In this document: in pieces, positions 63,911-64,000 of the stretch
Layout of the letters: the number at the start of each line of letters is the position of its first letter
Numbering within the stretch: position 1 is the first letter of the stretch
NCBI GenBank assembly: GCA_013265495.1
Contig: MU058463.1
Location: 3,061,523 to 3,125,522 of the forward strand
Direction: 5' to 3'
Source of the DNA: Vicugna vicugna
Lineage: Eukaryota
DNA length: 64,000 nt
Position numbers and translations under genes: made by a program
The notes under the pieces: generated by a model
What the model was told of the DNA's origin: nothing
Database searches by the model: none
What the model saw: the letters and a program-made list of their open reading frames with translations, nothing else

Positions 63911-64000
63911 ATTCTTGCACTTTTCCAAGTAAAGCATCAATACTCCTTAGGATCAGCTAGAAGACCCTCACTGTTTTGGGTCCTATCTATTTTTCTAATT

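Noticed and set aside
1..64000. Six-frame ORFs (60-135 aa) as protein-coding genes
   Set aside because: All are short, many overlap repeats or microsatellites, and none resembles a cellular protein I recognise. The only recognisable peptides (25711-25905, 48150-48371) are decayed L1 ORF2.
1..64000. Naming the host gene or locus, or its strand from L1 orientation bias
   Set aside because: No exon or diagnostic sequence was recognised. Most L1 pieces are on +, but there are too few to infer transcription direction.

Overview
This is AT-rich, non-coding mammalian genomic DNA, either a large intron or a gene desert. It is most likely from a camelid (camel, alpaca or vicuna), judging by two tRNA-Ala-derived vic-1-type SINEs and cetartiodactyl-type L1 and Tigger elements; I saw no Alu, B1/B2, BovA/BovB or PRE-1. 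I cannot support any protein-coding exon, RNA gene or CRISPR array. The ORF track is short chance ORFs, apart from two that are decayed L1 ORF2 pieces. A large share of the window is interspersed repeats: many old MIR and L2 copies, L3/CR1, L1 of several ages, MaLR/ERVL/ERV1 solo LTRs, and MER20, MER5A and Tigger2-like DNA transposons. Between them lie repeat-poor blocks rich in homeodomain, MEIS, SOX and POU motifs that look like conserved enhancers (about 2.2-2.9, 20.7-21.0, 27.2-32.0, 45.3-45.9 and 56.9-57.35 kb). The most notable observations are a probable LF-SINE relic at about 43.84-44.0 kb, a perfect 46-bp duplication around a 50-bp spacer at 43.1-43.25 kb, a 5'-inverted L1 with target-site duplications (TSDs), nested insertions with intact TSDs, and several G-quadruplex motifs. 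I found no evidence of a new multi-gene system. Repeat family names come from recalled consensus sequences, not a database search, and boundaries are approximate unless TSDs are given.
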